The notes beneath the pieces are model-generated. The model was not told the DNA's origin. It made no database searches and worked only from the letters and a program-made list of their open reading frames with translations. Source: Azolla caroliniana (lineage: Eukaryota > Plantae > Polypodiophyta). Taken from it: a DNA stretch of 64,000 bases. The stretch is from assembly GCA_043228905.1 (NCBI GenBank), contig JBHGNT010000016.1, positions 8,122,001 to 8,186,000 of the forward strand, given 5' to 3'. How positions within the stretch are numbered: the first letter of the stretch is position 1; every line of letters starts with the position of its first letter. This document shows positions 20,421 to 32,401 of this stretch, in pieces. A program made the position numbers and the translations under genes.

Positions 20421-23400
20421 CGACCGAACCATGAGCATAACCGCGAGACCCTCGGAGGCGAAAACCGAGAGGATTTTTAGAGAGGGCTATCAAGGCGTGG
20501 GGCCGCGATAGTCCGGACACCCCGGAAAAACCCCATAGATGTACTATAGGCAAAAAGACTTGTACCATAGGTAGGAAATTTTGGTTCTCCGATAGCGGAG
20601 GTTGTACAATAGCCGGCGTAGTTGGCCGGGAGAAGAAACGGGCGGAGGAGCGACTTCGGGCATGCGGAGTCCTCGGCCTTTTGAAGAGGAAATCAATGGA
20701 GCCATGGAGGCAGTCTCTTTCGATGACACCTTAGGGAAGCTACGGGAGGTGTTCGGAGAAGGCCTTAATGAGGACCGGACGATTCCGGTAAGTTTGGAAA
20801 AGATGTATGAAGTCATCGCCGACTTCGGTAATGGACTCGAGTGGGATCAGACGGCCCGAGTGGATACGAAGTACAAGACTGTGGACCGGAAGGTGAGGCT
20901 AGTTGCGGCACCCTTGCCGGAGGGCAACGAGTTACGAATAAAGGGAGTCGTGTTGGACCCAAGTTTACGAGATCCGGCCTGCATAGGACACACGTTCACC
21001 GACATAACGCTACCGGAGCTCAAGATCGATGGGGGTGGCTTTCTACTGCTGGCGGAAGAGGACCAGTTTCGGTGAATGCTCGGGAGGCACGGGAAGGCTT
21101 TCGCATTCTCACCGGAGGAGATCGGGTGCGTAGACCCGACGGTTATGGAACCAATGGTGATCTTCACGGTACCGCATGTGCCGTGGAATCTCAAACCGAT
21201 TCCGATACCCAGAGCTCACATCTCGAAGCAGATGGAGCTGCTGAAATAGAAGGTGGAGATGGGCATCCTCGAACCATTGAGTGCCCCATACTCGAATCGG
21301 TGGTTTACCGTGCTAAAGAAGAATGACACGTTGCACTTTATTCAAGACCTGCAGTCAGTCAACAAGGTGACCATTCGGAACACAGGAATCGGACCAACGC
21401 GGACACCTTCGCGGAAAGGTCGATTTACTCAGTCGATGGTCTATACTTGGGGTACGATCAGTTCCAACTAGCCGTGGAGAGTAGGGACATTACGATGATG
21501 CAGACTTCTCTCGGCCTAGTGCGGATGTGTACCCTCCCGCAAGGAAGGACGAACTCGGTAGCCCACATGGTGAACGCCATGAACAAAGTGTTGAGGGATT
21601 GTATCCCGGGCATCCTCATGTCATTCTTAGACGACATCCCAATCAAAGGATGCCCGATGGAGGAAAAGGACGAGACAATTGGACTGGACGGATGTTAGAA
21701 ATTTGTGGCGGCTCACGTCGATGACTGCGAGAAGGCACTGCAAAAAGACTAGAATGCGCGAGGCTCACCTTCTCTGGGGAAAAATCAGCCTTCGGGCAAT
21801 CGGAGATCATGGTCGTCGGACACCTATGCGGGCCATACGGTCGGAAACCGTCTCCTGCCAAGGTCGAGGCCGTCTCCGCGATGAAGCAAGACTGCAATTC
21901 GGTTACGGAGGTTCGGAGATTCCTGGGAGCATGTGCGTTCTACCATATCTGGATCCCGCATTACGCCCACATCGCGGAGCCGCTCTATGGGTTGCTGAAG
22001 AAAGGGCGTAAATTCGAGTGGAGAGACGAGCATACAGAGTCGGTCCGGAAGATGAAAGAAGCACTTGCCACAATACCAACACTCTGAAAGGCTGTCTACG
22101 GCAAAGACACTCTGATTTACGTGACCATAGACACGAGTCCGACCGGGATCGGATGGGTGATCAACCAAGAGGATGACGATGGCGCAAGGTTCCCCATCCG
22201 GTTTGGCGCGAAAGTTCTCAGTGAGCGACAATGGGGATACGGCGAGGTTAAACGTGAACTCTGGGGTATCGTTTCGGCGGTCAAGACCGATACAGACTAC
22301 TTGATTGGGATGGAGGTGATAATAGAGACGGAATGCCTGCCGATTCTCGGCATGGTTTCCAGATGTGCGACGCCGGACCTGGCAATGCTCATGTGGATAG
22401 CGTACATCAAGTCCCTGAATCCGGAAATACGACACATTTTTGGAAAGGACAATGCCATGGCCGACATGCTTTCGAGAGCGAGGTTCGATGCCGAGGACGA
22501 GGAAGTCAGCGTGGACTTCTTCAAGGCGGCTTACGTAACAACAAGAAAGGGGAGCACTCCGGCGCTTAACGAATTCGACGAGAGCAAGTACGATGGGGAG
22601 TGGCTCCAGATCGGCGGGTTCCTAAAGACAATGACACCGGACGTGGCGTGGACGAAGGAAGAGACCAACCGGATTTGGAAGAAAGCGTACCGATTCTTCC
22701 TATAGGATAGGAGCATATGGAAGCACCCGAAGAAGAGAAACGACATCCCGCTCCGAGTGGTGGCGAAGAAAGACGAACAGGAAGAATTGTTGACGGCATA
22801 CCACGAGAGTCCCTGGGCCGGACAGCGCGGGACGTGGGCCACATTTGAGAAGCTAAAGGGGAAGTACTGGTGGCCGGGACTATACCGGGACGTGCATCGG
22901 TTTGTGACGACTTGCAAAGGCTGTCTGGTGCACTCCATAGTCCGATATTGGGATGAGATTCACCCGACCTACCCTCCGACCGTCCACTTTAAGTGGATGG
23001 TGGATCTGGTGACGATACCGATGGAGGTAGAGCAGATGCGGTATCTGGTGCTGGTTCGGGAGGACCTGACAAACCAGGTGGAAGGCCGAGCGTTGCAGAA
23101 CAAAACGACTGTGTCCGTGTGCCGATTCCTGATTGAAGAAGTGGTATGCCGGTACGGGTGCGTAGGTAAGATCGTGGCCGACCGCGGAGAATTGGACGCG
23201 CAAGAGGCGGAAGAGATGTTTGATCGACTAAGGATTAAACTCTCGCTCACCACAGCGTACAATCGGGAGGCTAACAAGAAGGTGGAACTCGGACACGGGC
23301 CGATCATCAAAGCGTTAGTACGGGCGTGTGGAGGCCAAGTCAAAAACTGGCCACGGCTCTTACCCTATGCGTTGTGGGCGGACCAAACTACGCACAATTC

Positions 23401-24567
23401 GGTAACCGGGTTCATGCCAGCAGAGCTAATGTACGGGCAAAAGCCGATCATGCCAACGGAGCAGACAATCTCCTCATGGGCCACGGTGGACTGGAATGAA
23501 GAGATGAGCCGGGAGGAGCTGTTAGCGGCACGGATTCGGCAGCTGGAGCGAAGACCGGAGGACGTGGACCGAGTTGTAGAGAAGCTACGGGTGGCGAGGG
23601 TAAGGAACAAAGGACGGTTCAACTAGACTCACCGATTGAGACCGAAGAAGATCGAGGAAGGTGACTGGGTTCTAGTGTATGACAGTAGCCTCGACAACCA
23701 GCACAGGGCAATGCGGAAGTTTGCAAGAAGGTGGTTCGGCCCTTATGTGGTGACAAGCGCCAACGACAATGGGACCTACCATCTCGCGGAGCTCGACGGG
23801 ACAAGGATGGTGGTGCTGGTGGCGGGAAAGAGGATCAAAGCATTCAAAAAGCGGCACGAAGTAGAACCCGACCCGGACGACCTGGATGGCGACAACGACC
23901 GGCTCAGAACGGATGACGATCCGGAGGACGAAGGACAAGTGTGGGCTGGTCTTCTCTGGCAAGAGTCTAATTTTGGCGCATACCGATGGATGTGCAGTTA
24001 GGTGGGGGCGGATGTCGTGGAGAAAACTGTCCCTAGGCGGAAACCGGGTATAACGTGCGTAAACCGGCCCTTACACGTGGGCACAAGTTTTGTTGTATAG
24101 TACGTAGATAGGTACAAGTCGGCTGAGGTGAAATCCTAGGTAGCACGCATTCATTAGGGAGAAAATCGAGGCGTATCCCTATCCGAAAAGACAGGGAATA
24201 AACATGATGTAAGGGGTGGTCACGGTCTCCCTCCTTGGGCTATAAAAGGGAGGGAGAGGTATTGTAAAAGGGATTGCGTTTTGTGGAGGATGAAGTGCTG
24301 CCAGACTGGAACCGAGCTCTTCTCTTCTATCTTCTCCATAGTCGTTCTGTGCAGGTTTTCGGGAGGCTGACTCTACTCCGTGGAACGCCTGAGTGCTTCC
24401 GGCAGAGTCTCCATCTCACGTTCTGTGTGCGTGTGTGCAGGCGTCGGAGCCTATCACTCGCCTACTTGCCGGTTGTAACCTCTTGATTTATATATACACA
24501 TACATTCATTTTGTCTCCATTGTTCGGAGTTAGTTGCAACTCCTGTGAATCTGTGTGTCTGTGTGCG
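20421..24567 (+). mobile_element. Truncated Ty3/Gypsy fragment: degenerate pol (RT, RNase H, integrase), PPT, partial 3' LTR from 24013
   Basis: YSNRWFTVLKK, LPQGRTNS, FLDDIPI, IDTSPTGIGW, HESPWAGQRG..CKGC, IVADRGE, WFGPY. PPT GGTGGGGGCGGA then TGTCGTGG. No gag and no 5' LTR. Confidence 0.9.
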
Positions 24568-25342
24568 GTGATATCAATTTACAACATATCAACACAAACC
24601 TTCAGGTTGTTGATATTTTTATGATGGCCCTAGGTATCGACAAGCTGTGGCAGTTCACGGTGAAACTTGGTCTCTCTAGTCTCTTAATCACCGACCAACC
24701 GCGCTTGAGGGTAGTACAACAACAACCGAGTACCAGCCGATGTCGAACAATAACCGATCAATCAATTGACGCTGACTAGAGGAGTCCAAGTACGAATAAA
24801 AAATCAAACAGCCGAACACGAAGAATCGAAATTGTAAGCCGTGTCGAAAACCGAAATTAGTGCCGATTCAACCAAATCGAAGTATTTCGAAGACCAAACC
24901 AAAACAACCTTTTGACATTCGAAATTTGTGTTTGAAGGGGTGTGTTGAGAATCAAACTCAACTTCCCATAGAGACAATGTTCACACTAGCTAGTGGACAT
25001 CATAGTAGGCTAGATTTATAATTAATAGAAAGGGCACTTGCCCTAGATCAGTTGGTATTTAAACCAACCTTTTGTAACTTAGTTACTGCAGGATGGAATA
25101 TACCGTTTCTTGTTTAGAGCTCTCTCCCTATCCCTCTCCCTCTCATTCGCTCTTGTCTCACGTGCACATACACACACATAGTTCTCCTGCACAGAATCAC
25201 TGTCGATTCTGTACACTATTTTTTGTTGTTCATTCTTCCTCATTACAGAAATGATAAATCGGTAAAATTTTCGGCTGCATTGTAGGAACAATACACAAAT
25301 CAAGAACAAGTACTTAGTTGCCTTAAGAAGCAACTAGAATTT

Positions 25343-25600
25343 GTGGAGGGGATGGTAAGGTGTAGACAAGAATTGAACCTCAACATTCTTGCACCCTTAC
25401 CAAAAGTAGGAGAATCAAGCAACAATATATTGACTGTTCAAGCACGTTGCATTGCTTGCGGCTTTGCCCTAGAAAACATAATTGTGACCCTACTAGTACA
25501 CCCACGAGCATGCCAGCATACATACCATATCACTTGTTTTGCATATGCTTGTCGCACAACTGCAATATGTTTGGGGGATTGCAATACAACTCTCCCTAAT
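25343..25600 (+). pseudogene. Gene fragment with RING-H2-like zinc finger
   Basis: CIAC-x17-CQHTYHITC-x10-CLGDC spacing; truncated by the adjacent LTR fragment. Confidence 0.5.
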
Positions 25601-26010
25601 ATGCTAATATAGTGGTAAGGCTTAACATTATTAACATGGAGGTGCAAGGTTCGAATCTTGCCCTATGCATGTAATATATATTTTTATACTTCTTCTATTT
25701 ACAAATATGTCTCTTCATCCGGTGAGAGAATCTCACCGGCCTTCTTCATCTGGTTATCACCGGGTCTCCTTACTGGGTCTTCCTTGCCGATTCCTCCTTC
25801 ATCTGATTCCATCCGATTATCCTTACCGGGTCCTCCTTACTAGTCCTCTTCGCCCGTTTCCCACCGATTCTCACCGGCCTTCTTCATCCGGCTCTTGCCG
25901 GTTCTCCTTACCAGTTTCGGTCCTTACCGGTTCTCACCAGGTACTCCATGTCCTATCCGGAGAGACCAAAAATGTAATTTTTCACGTAGTGTGCGAATTA
26001 CACTACGACA
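25601..26010 (-). mobile_element. Partial LTR of the family at 39135, including the tRNA-like segment
   Basis: Reverse complement starts tgtcgtagtgtaattcgcacactacgtgaaaaa, like the LTR at 39135. Shares the tRNA-like block 25601-25669. Confidence 0.8.
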
Positions 26011-27339
26011 ACGTAAATGATTATACCACATGAAAACCGGTTATTGACAAGAGCTATCCCACCATTTGTAAGAGCACACAATGGCGGTAAGTGACTATTT
26101 GTTGTGGCGGAGTGAAAGCTACTCAAGCACCGTCGGGAACAGTGGTGGCAAGTGTGTGATTGTGGTGGCTGTGATGACTATCTACAACAAAAATACACAA
26201 GATTATACACAACAATACACAAGATAATTAACAGATGAAGATGTAGATGCAATGGCTACCTAGGAATAGAGGAGCTAAATGTTCGAAAGTGATGGTTTTA
26301 GAAGCTACAAGTGGCTAACAACAATATTGACACCTAATGCAAGTAAAATCACCGGCGAACCGTTGTCGCGAAAATTTCGCATGCGTGTGTCGCTTGAACG
26401 GGACCATTGGGTCCTTGGACCGGGGAGACAAATGCAGAGAGGAAGCGGGAGATTAAGACAAAGACATGGGGAAATATGTAACATAAGTTTTGATATAAAT
26501 TAGGGTTTGTGTTTTTATTTTTTACAATTGTTAGGCTTGACACCATGATTTTGGTGGTTATTACAATAATCGGTTATAAATAAACCAAAGGGGCTAAAAT
26601 AAACCGGTGAAGGCGAGTCTAGTGGGCTCCGACCTCGACTACTTCCGACGGCTATGTTGCCTCAATTTGGAGTAGTTCTCGTGCCACTAAAACCTCCCTT
26701 ACGCCACTGGCCACCGAGTTTACTGCCACCGAGATGCTGAAGAAGCCATTGTGGAAGGAATCCAAGCCCTAAAATCTCTCGAGTAAGAAGTAGAATAGAA
26801 TCTAAACTCATAAACCCTAAAAACCTAAGTCCTCTAGTATGTTGAGGAGAAAAGAAGAAGCTCTCAAACCCTAACCCTAGAAGGAAAAAATGAAAGAGAA
26901 AGGGAGGTTACCAAACCCTAACCCAAGAAGGAAAAGATGAAAGAGAAAGGGATAAGGAGAAAGGGAGGCTACAAAACCCTAAATCAAGAAGAAGAGGAGA
27001 GGAAGATGAAACCCTAGTGGTACACCCCTACGGCAAAATGGGCGACCCCCAAATAAGCCCTATCGCTCCTCTCTTATAGAGGAAAGAAGAGCTTATTTTA
27101 ACATTACATGCTTTTTTTTTTCTTTCTTTATCACAAAAATGGAAGGGAAGCAAAATGATTTGTAGGAAGAGAGACTTGACCTCTACACCTCTCTACATAT
27201 ACTTATAAGCCTTAACCACTAAGCTACTACAAGTTATTTATTTATTATTATTATTATTATTATTTTATTTATACATTATTTCATGAGATGTGTGTGGAAC
27301 CTCGCTTTTTCTCACACTGCACATGCCACACCACGACAC

Positions 27340-27735
27340 CATGTAGCGATCAATGTCAGCAATCGAGTTGCAATCAGTGGCGACAACTGAACGTAGAATG
27401 GCCGCAATGGAGGAGCTAACTCAATCGAAGTGAACAGTGGCAGCAATCCATGACCGAACAGTGGCAACAATCCATGACCAAACAGTGGCAGCAACTGAGC
27501 ATACAATGGCCGCAATGGAAGAGTGAACTCAATCACAATGAACAATGATTGCATTCCAAGACCGGATAGTGGCGACAACCGAGTGTACAATGGTTGCAAT
27601 GGAGGAACTAACTCAGTCGGAGCGAATAATGGCAACAATCCAATACCAAATAGTGGCGATAACTGAGAGTACAATGGTGACAATGGAGGAGTGAACTCAG
27701 TAGGAGCGAATAGTGGTAGTAATCGAGCCTGAATA
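27340..27735. repeat. Degenerate 84-bp minisatellite, about 4.5 copies
   Basis: Recurrent agtggcgacaactga..acaatggccgcaatggaggag..aactca; 28-aa periodicity in ORF 27312..27779. Confidence 0.8.
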
Positions 27736-29269
27736 GTCACAAAGTGATGGCCAATGTGATGTGGCAGTGGATCATGCATAATGGACCTAGGAATTTGGTA
27801 TATAATTAATGTTTCCAGTTATGGTGCAAGTTTATGTCACACATTTATGGTGCTCATTTATATAATTAAAATATTCTAATGTTTTCATTCATGGTGCAAA
27901 AAAGACTATTTATCATTGGTAGCTTTTTGCGTAGCTAATTAGCTATGTCAAGGACATAGCTAATTGTTTCCACTCCCATGCTTTCACCTGTACCTCCAAC
28001 AAACACATTTTTACCCAATGCCTTAAACCAAAAAAGTTTATACATGATGAAACAGTTATGAGAATATTTACAATAATGTTATTATTTATCTAGGTATTAT
28101 GGTTATTATTGCTCGACAAATCTAGGTTTAGATTCAAACTAATGCTCTCTTTGATCCACAGCAGACAATGGATGTTTTCTAACACAAGCTAGGTTTTCGA
28201 CTAGGTATGTAAGATGTGCATAATATATATGTAAGAAATTGAACAAGATAAGCAATTGACTATGAGAATAATCATGTTAAAGATTCAATGGATTAGGACA
28301 TGCACAAATGTGAACTCTTCTTAGTATTCAGTATAGAGGTTTAGGGTTACCGATGCATCAACAAGACAATTGCTAGTTAGATTGACATAAAACTTATGTT
28401 ATAGAACACAATGATAGGAATTATGCAATTTGGGTTAACATACAATCAAACTAATGACACTACCACAAGGAGATTATACATATGATCTTTCAAGTTTCAA
28501 GTGTTTGTAACTCTACATTTATTTCCTTTGCATATTATCACCATACTACCATAGGTGAAACCCTAAACCCTATCAGTTCCTCAAACCTCAAAATAATACC
28601 ACTTGTGTACATTACTAATTGTAGGGTGTTATCTTATGACCTTATGGTTGCCATTTGACATCCCTAGAAATTAATATAGATATACTTGGCTTTTCATCCA
28701 AGAAACAAAACCAAAACAATGATGCCCTAACCTAGGGACACATAAAGGGCATTTTCACTATGAGGGACTACAAGGAAGGAGTGTACAACATGTGAGCGCA
28801 ATGGCAACAATTTTGTTCCATTTACTTAGTCACCATGGCATAAGCTTTTATGTTAGAAATTCTGGTTTTTGTTGACTTTTAGGCAAAGGAGGTGCGAGCT
28901 TGGAGATTTAGAAGTCCACCATGTGATGCTTCGTACAACTCTAATAAAATATCTAATGTATTGCTCCTAAAATAAAGCAGTACACGCACAAGACAAAGCA
29001 AACTTAATGCTTATAAAGGATGTAACATTAATTCTTTCACAAGGTAAGTGAAACACATTAATTACAAACAAGAAAAAGCGAACATTGCTTGATTGTGATT
29101 ATTTGAGAATGCAAAATTAAGCTAAATTGTTATACATATATTTATCACCAGACAAATATTTCTAGCTCCAAAAGCCCAAGTAGGTTTGATCAATGAATGG
29201 ATGAAAGTTTGGAATACAATTACAAAGGTAGCCTTCATAAATCAAGGAAGGAAATTTTCTATTATAGCT

Positions 29270-30064
29270 TCATAGGAAGGGCCTTTGTTCTTCATAGTGT
29301 TTCTTACATAACCATGCAACTCGAGTACCTCTGTCTATTTTGGCATGCCTAAGAGAAACCTCTCAGCTATGTTTTGGTCGTCATACCTCCATTCTCTTTT
29401 AATATGAATGCCAAGAATGTTTGCCATTCTTTGAAATAATTTGATGTGCTTGGACATATGTAAGAGGTTTTCGATGAGGTAGATATATCAAATTTGGATT
29501 TAATAATAGTTGAGATCATAGGGTGCTCTTTCGCCAGTTTGAGGTGGGGAGTCCAATCAGACATGAAAGAGCTTGCAAGTGGACCCATAGAGTCAATGCC
29601 GAGTTTAATAGTTATAGTCAAGAAAATAAGAAAAAATTAATGTACGGAATAACTTTGTGTAGACTCTTTGAATGAGACTCTGACCAAGAGGTGAGGGTGA
29701 TTCCCGGTTGGTTTTCCACGGGGTGTGGTAATGTTGCATGCTCACAATACAAATGGATTTGCACGGATAATGCTCCAAGCAATGAAGTTATCAAACATTT
29801 CACATTCTTGTCACGATCATTAGTTGTAAGGATGGCGACACACGGGAATTGCTTCTTGGCCTTGTTCTCCATAGGCAACTTCAATAGCTTAAATATAGAT
29901 TTCTCAACCTTGGTCATGACATCTTTCCTCATATATTGAAGTTCATGATGTATTGCATCTATCTTCTCTAAGAGTTCTTTGTGATTGGCATCTATCACCT
30001 GATATAAAATTGAGATTGCCTTTGCCATGACCTTGATAGATCGCACCTCAACATCGTTGCGGCC
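29270..30064 (-). pseudogene. C-terminal fragment of a TORNADO1-like (plant ROCO) protein, frameshifted
   Basis: VQIHLYCEH..PHPVENQPG, VIPYINFF, EWQTFLAFIL, NIAERF..., RVAWLCKKHY resemble the TRN1 C-terminal domain (from memory). The 5' part is cut at the Copia LTR at 30065. Confidence 0.6.
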
Positions 30065-30432
30065 TGTTGAGCAGCAAGCTCAACCGGATCCGGATCGACT
30101 GAATAAGCTTGAGGTTGATCGGCATCCAGAAAGATGAGCCGGATCGGTGAGCCGGTGAGCAAGCGAGCCGGTGAGCTAGGGAGCCGGTGAGCCGGATCCA
30201 GTAGTAACCGGATGCCTAGTAGTAGCCTAGATTGCTAGGTAGTTAATGACTCGTAGTTAGTGTTAGACGCTCTTGTGAGCATTGAAGTACACCATACTTC
30301 TGTCAGTCCTCTTAGGACTTGTATAAATAGTGTTGTTGAGCACGTTGTATGTACAGAGAGAACTATTATTGTTTTGTAATAGATTTTTAATGTTCTGCTC
30401 ATTCTCTGTCTCTCTCGCGTACACTCTGTGTT

Positions 30433-30472
<40 letters not shown>

Positions 30473-32401
30473 GCTATTCGGAGGAGCCGGTTTGTCTGAC
30501 GCTTCTGCAACTTCGTTTACATGGTATCAGAGTGCGAGGGTTGAGAATCTCTGTAGCCGACATCAGCATCTGATGACAAACCCTAAGACTCGGTAAGAAC
30601 AGAAAGAGAAGTGATGGATAGAGGAATGGCTAGCTCGCTCCAAGTGGAGAAGCTCGATAGATCCAACTACACATCTTGGTCATACAAGATGCACCAGTAC
30701 CTGCTTGGGCATGGTTACTGGAGCTATGTCGACGGAGCTAACGACACAACATCTGATGTGGCACACAAGGACTTCCCAGTGTGGGAACAAGCGGCAAGTA
30801 GAGTGATGTACTACTTTGCTTCCAGTGGTGGAGACCATCTGCTGAGCCATGTTCAAGATGCCAAGATGCCAAAAGAAGCTTGGGGAAACCTGAAGAAGGT
30901 TTTCTCGGCAAGCACTACGGCCCAGAAGCTGCAACTCCGACAGGAGTTGAGCAATGTCCGACAGAAGGACATGTCGGTAGTCGATTACACGGCTCAAATC
31001 AAAGAGATCTGTGACTCACTTGCCTCTATCAATGTCACTGTAGAGGAAGATGAGATGGTGCAAATCTATCTTGGGGGCCTAGCGTCTAAGTTCAGAGCGT
31101 TCCGAATGGCGGTATATACAATGAAGAATACGCCGTCATTTTTCGACTTACAACTGATGCTCCTTGTAGAGAGGCGGGTCGGCTCGCAATGGTAGCGGCT
31201 GGCAAGTGCAGGACAGAAGGGACAGAGAACATGCTGACAACAATTCTGGACCCTCCACAAGTAGGGGGAGTCAAGGCGGCGCTAGAGACTGGCAAGCAAA
31301 GGCCGACGCGGAATGTTGGTATTGTGGTAAAAAGGGCCACAGAGAAAGCGAGTGCTGGAAGAAGCACGCCAATTCGGACAGAGAGAACCGGCAATACTCG
31401 CACTACGTAGAAGGATCAGGAGGATTCAAAACCAAAAAAGCCGGTAAAGGGCCAGCCTGGGTGATGAAACATGAGGCTAACTCAATGAAGAAGACCACTT
31501 CCAAATCGGAGGAAGTGTGGTACGTTGACTCCGGTGCATCGAATCACATGATGAGCCACCAAGAGTGGTTCTCTTTCCTGGAGAAATCGGAACAACCGGG
31601 AGTTGTCGAAACCAGAGATGACACTCCTCACCCAATCGTGCATGTTGGGGAAGTCCCTTTGAGCCACGTCAGACAGAGGGGGAAGCTGATGAACGTATTA
31701 CACGTTCTGACTATCACGAAGACCCTGGTGTCGGTTGGACAGATTGTCAACCAGGGGATGCAGGTGCGGTTTACGCACCTTGGGTGCTTCATCGAGGAAG
31801 AGGGCCAAATCATTGCGCAAGGGCGCAGAGACGGGAGGATGTTTATCCTCGACACCAATGATGCTGACAATGCTTTGTTCGCCAAAGGACAAAAGATTGA
31901 ATCGGATATTGATCTCTAGCTGTTAAGAGTCTATTACTAATCAATAGACCAAATCAAGTAAAAAGGAAGAAAATAGATTGGATAGAAGAACCCGTTCCAC
32001 CCGACCACCCCCGAGCTATGATCTAGACATAGCCAACCTACCACCGACGTCCCATACCGCCGGATATTAGGATGACTAATACCTTGGAAGAGATAAACAC
32101 GATCGTCGAGACGAAAGCCTAGCCCGCACCACCGGTGTCTACGACAGCAGCCTTCCGACGTGATGATCCTTATGAGGGTAGCTAAGCCTCATATTTATAC
32201 CTTTTCCTAGGCCCCTTGAATAGATGTGCCTTTCTAAAAGGCTCTCTATTCATTGGTTGTCTAAATCATGATAGTGCATGCACATATCATTCATTCTATC
32301 CAATCATTAGTCCCCTTTTTAATAATAGTGAACATACCCTTCACTAATGTAAATATTAGTGACCTACCCTTACCAACGTTATGTGTACATAACATACTCC
32401 C

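Larger units (their letters stand above)
16595..25215 (+). mobile_element. 3' part of another Copia element (RT end, RNase H, PPT, 3' LTR 24943-~25215), split by two insertions
   Basis: Pieces 16595-17022, 20336-20420 and 24568-24942 rejoin to ...DADW...SKKQP...YLARNPIFHVQTKHIEVHYHFIRDCVQDSDINLQHINTNLQVVDIF. PPT GAAGGGGTG precedes the LTR start tgttgagaatcaaactcaac. Confidence 0.8.

Noticed and set aside
25601-25669. Functional tRNA gene (possible TTA-anticodon suppressor)
   Set aside because: The acceptor stem does not pair, the anticodon loop is non-canonical, and the segment is part of an LTR.
26760-27020. Interstitial telomere array
   Set aside because: Only scattered single AAACCCTA telo-box motifs in purine-rich sequence, not tandem.
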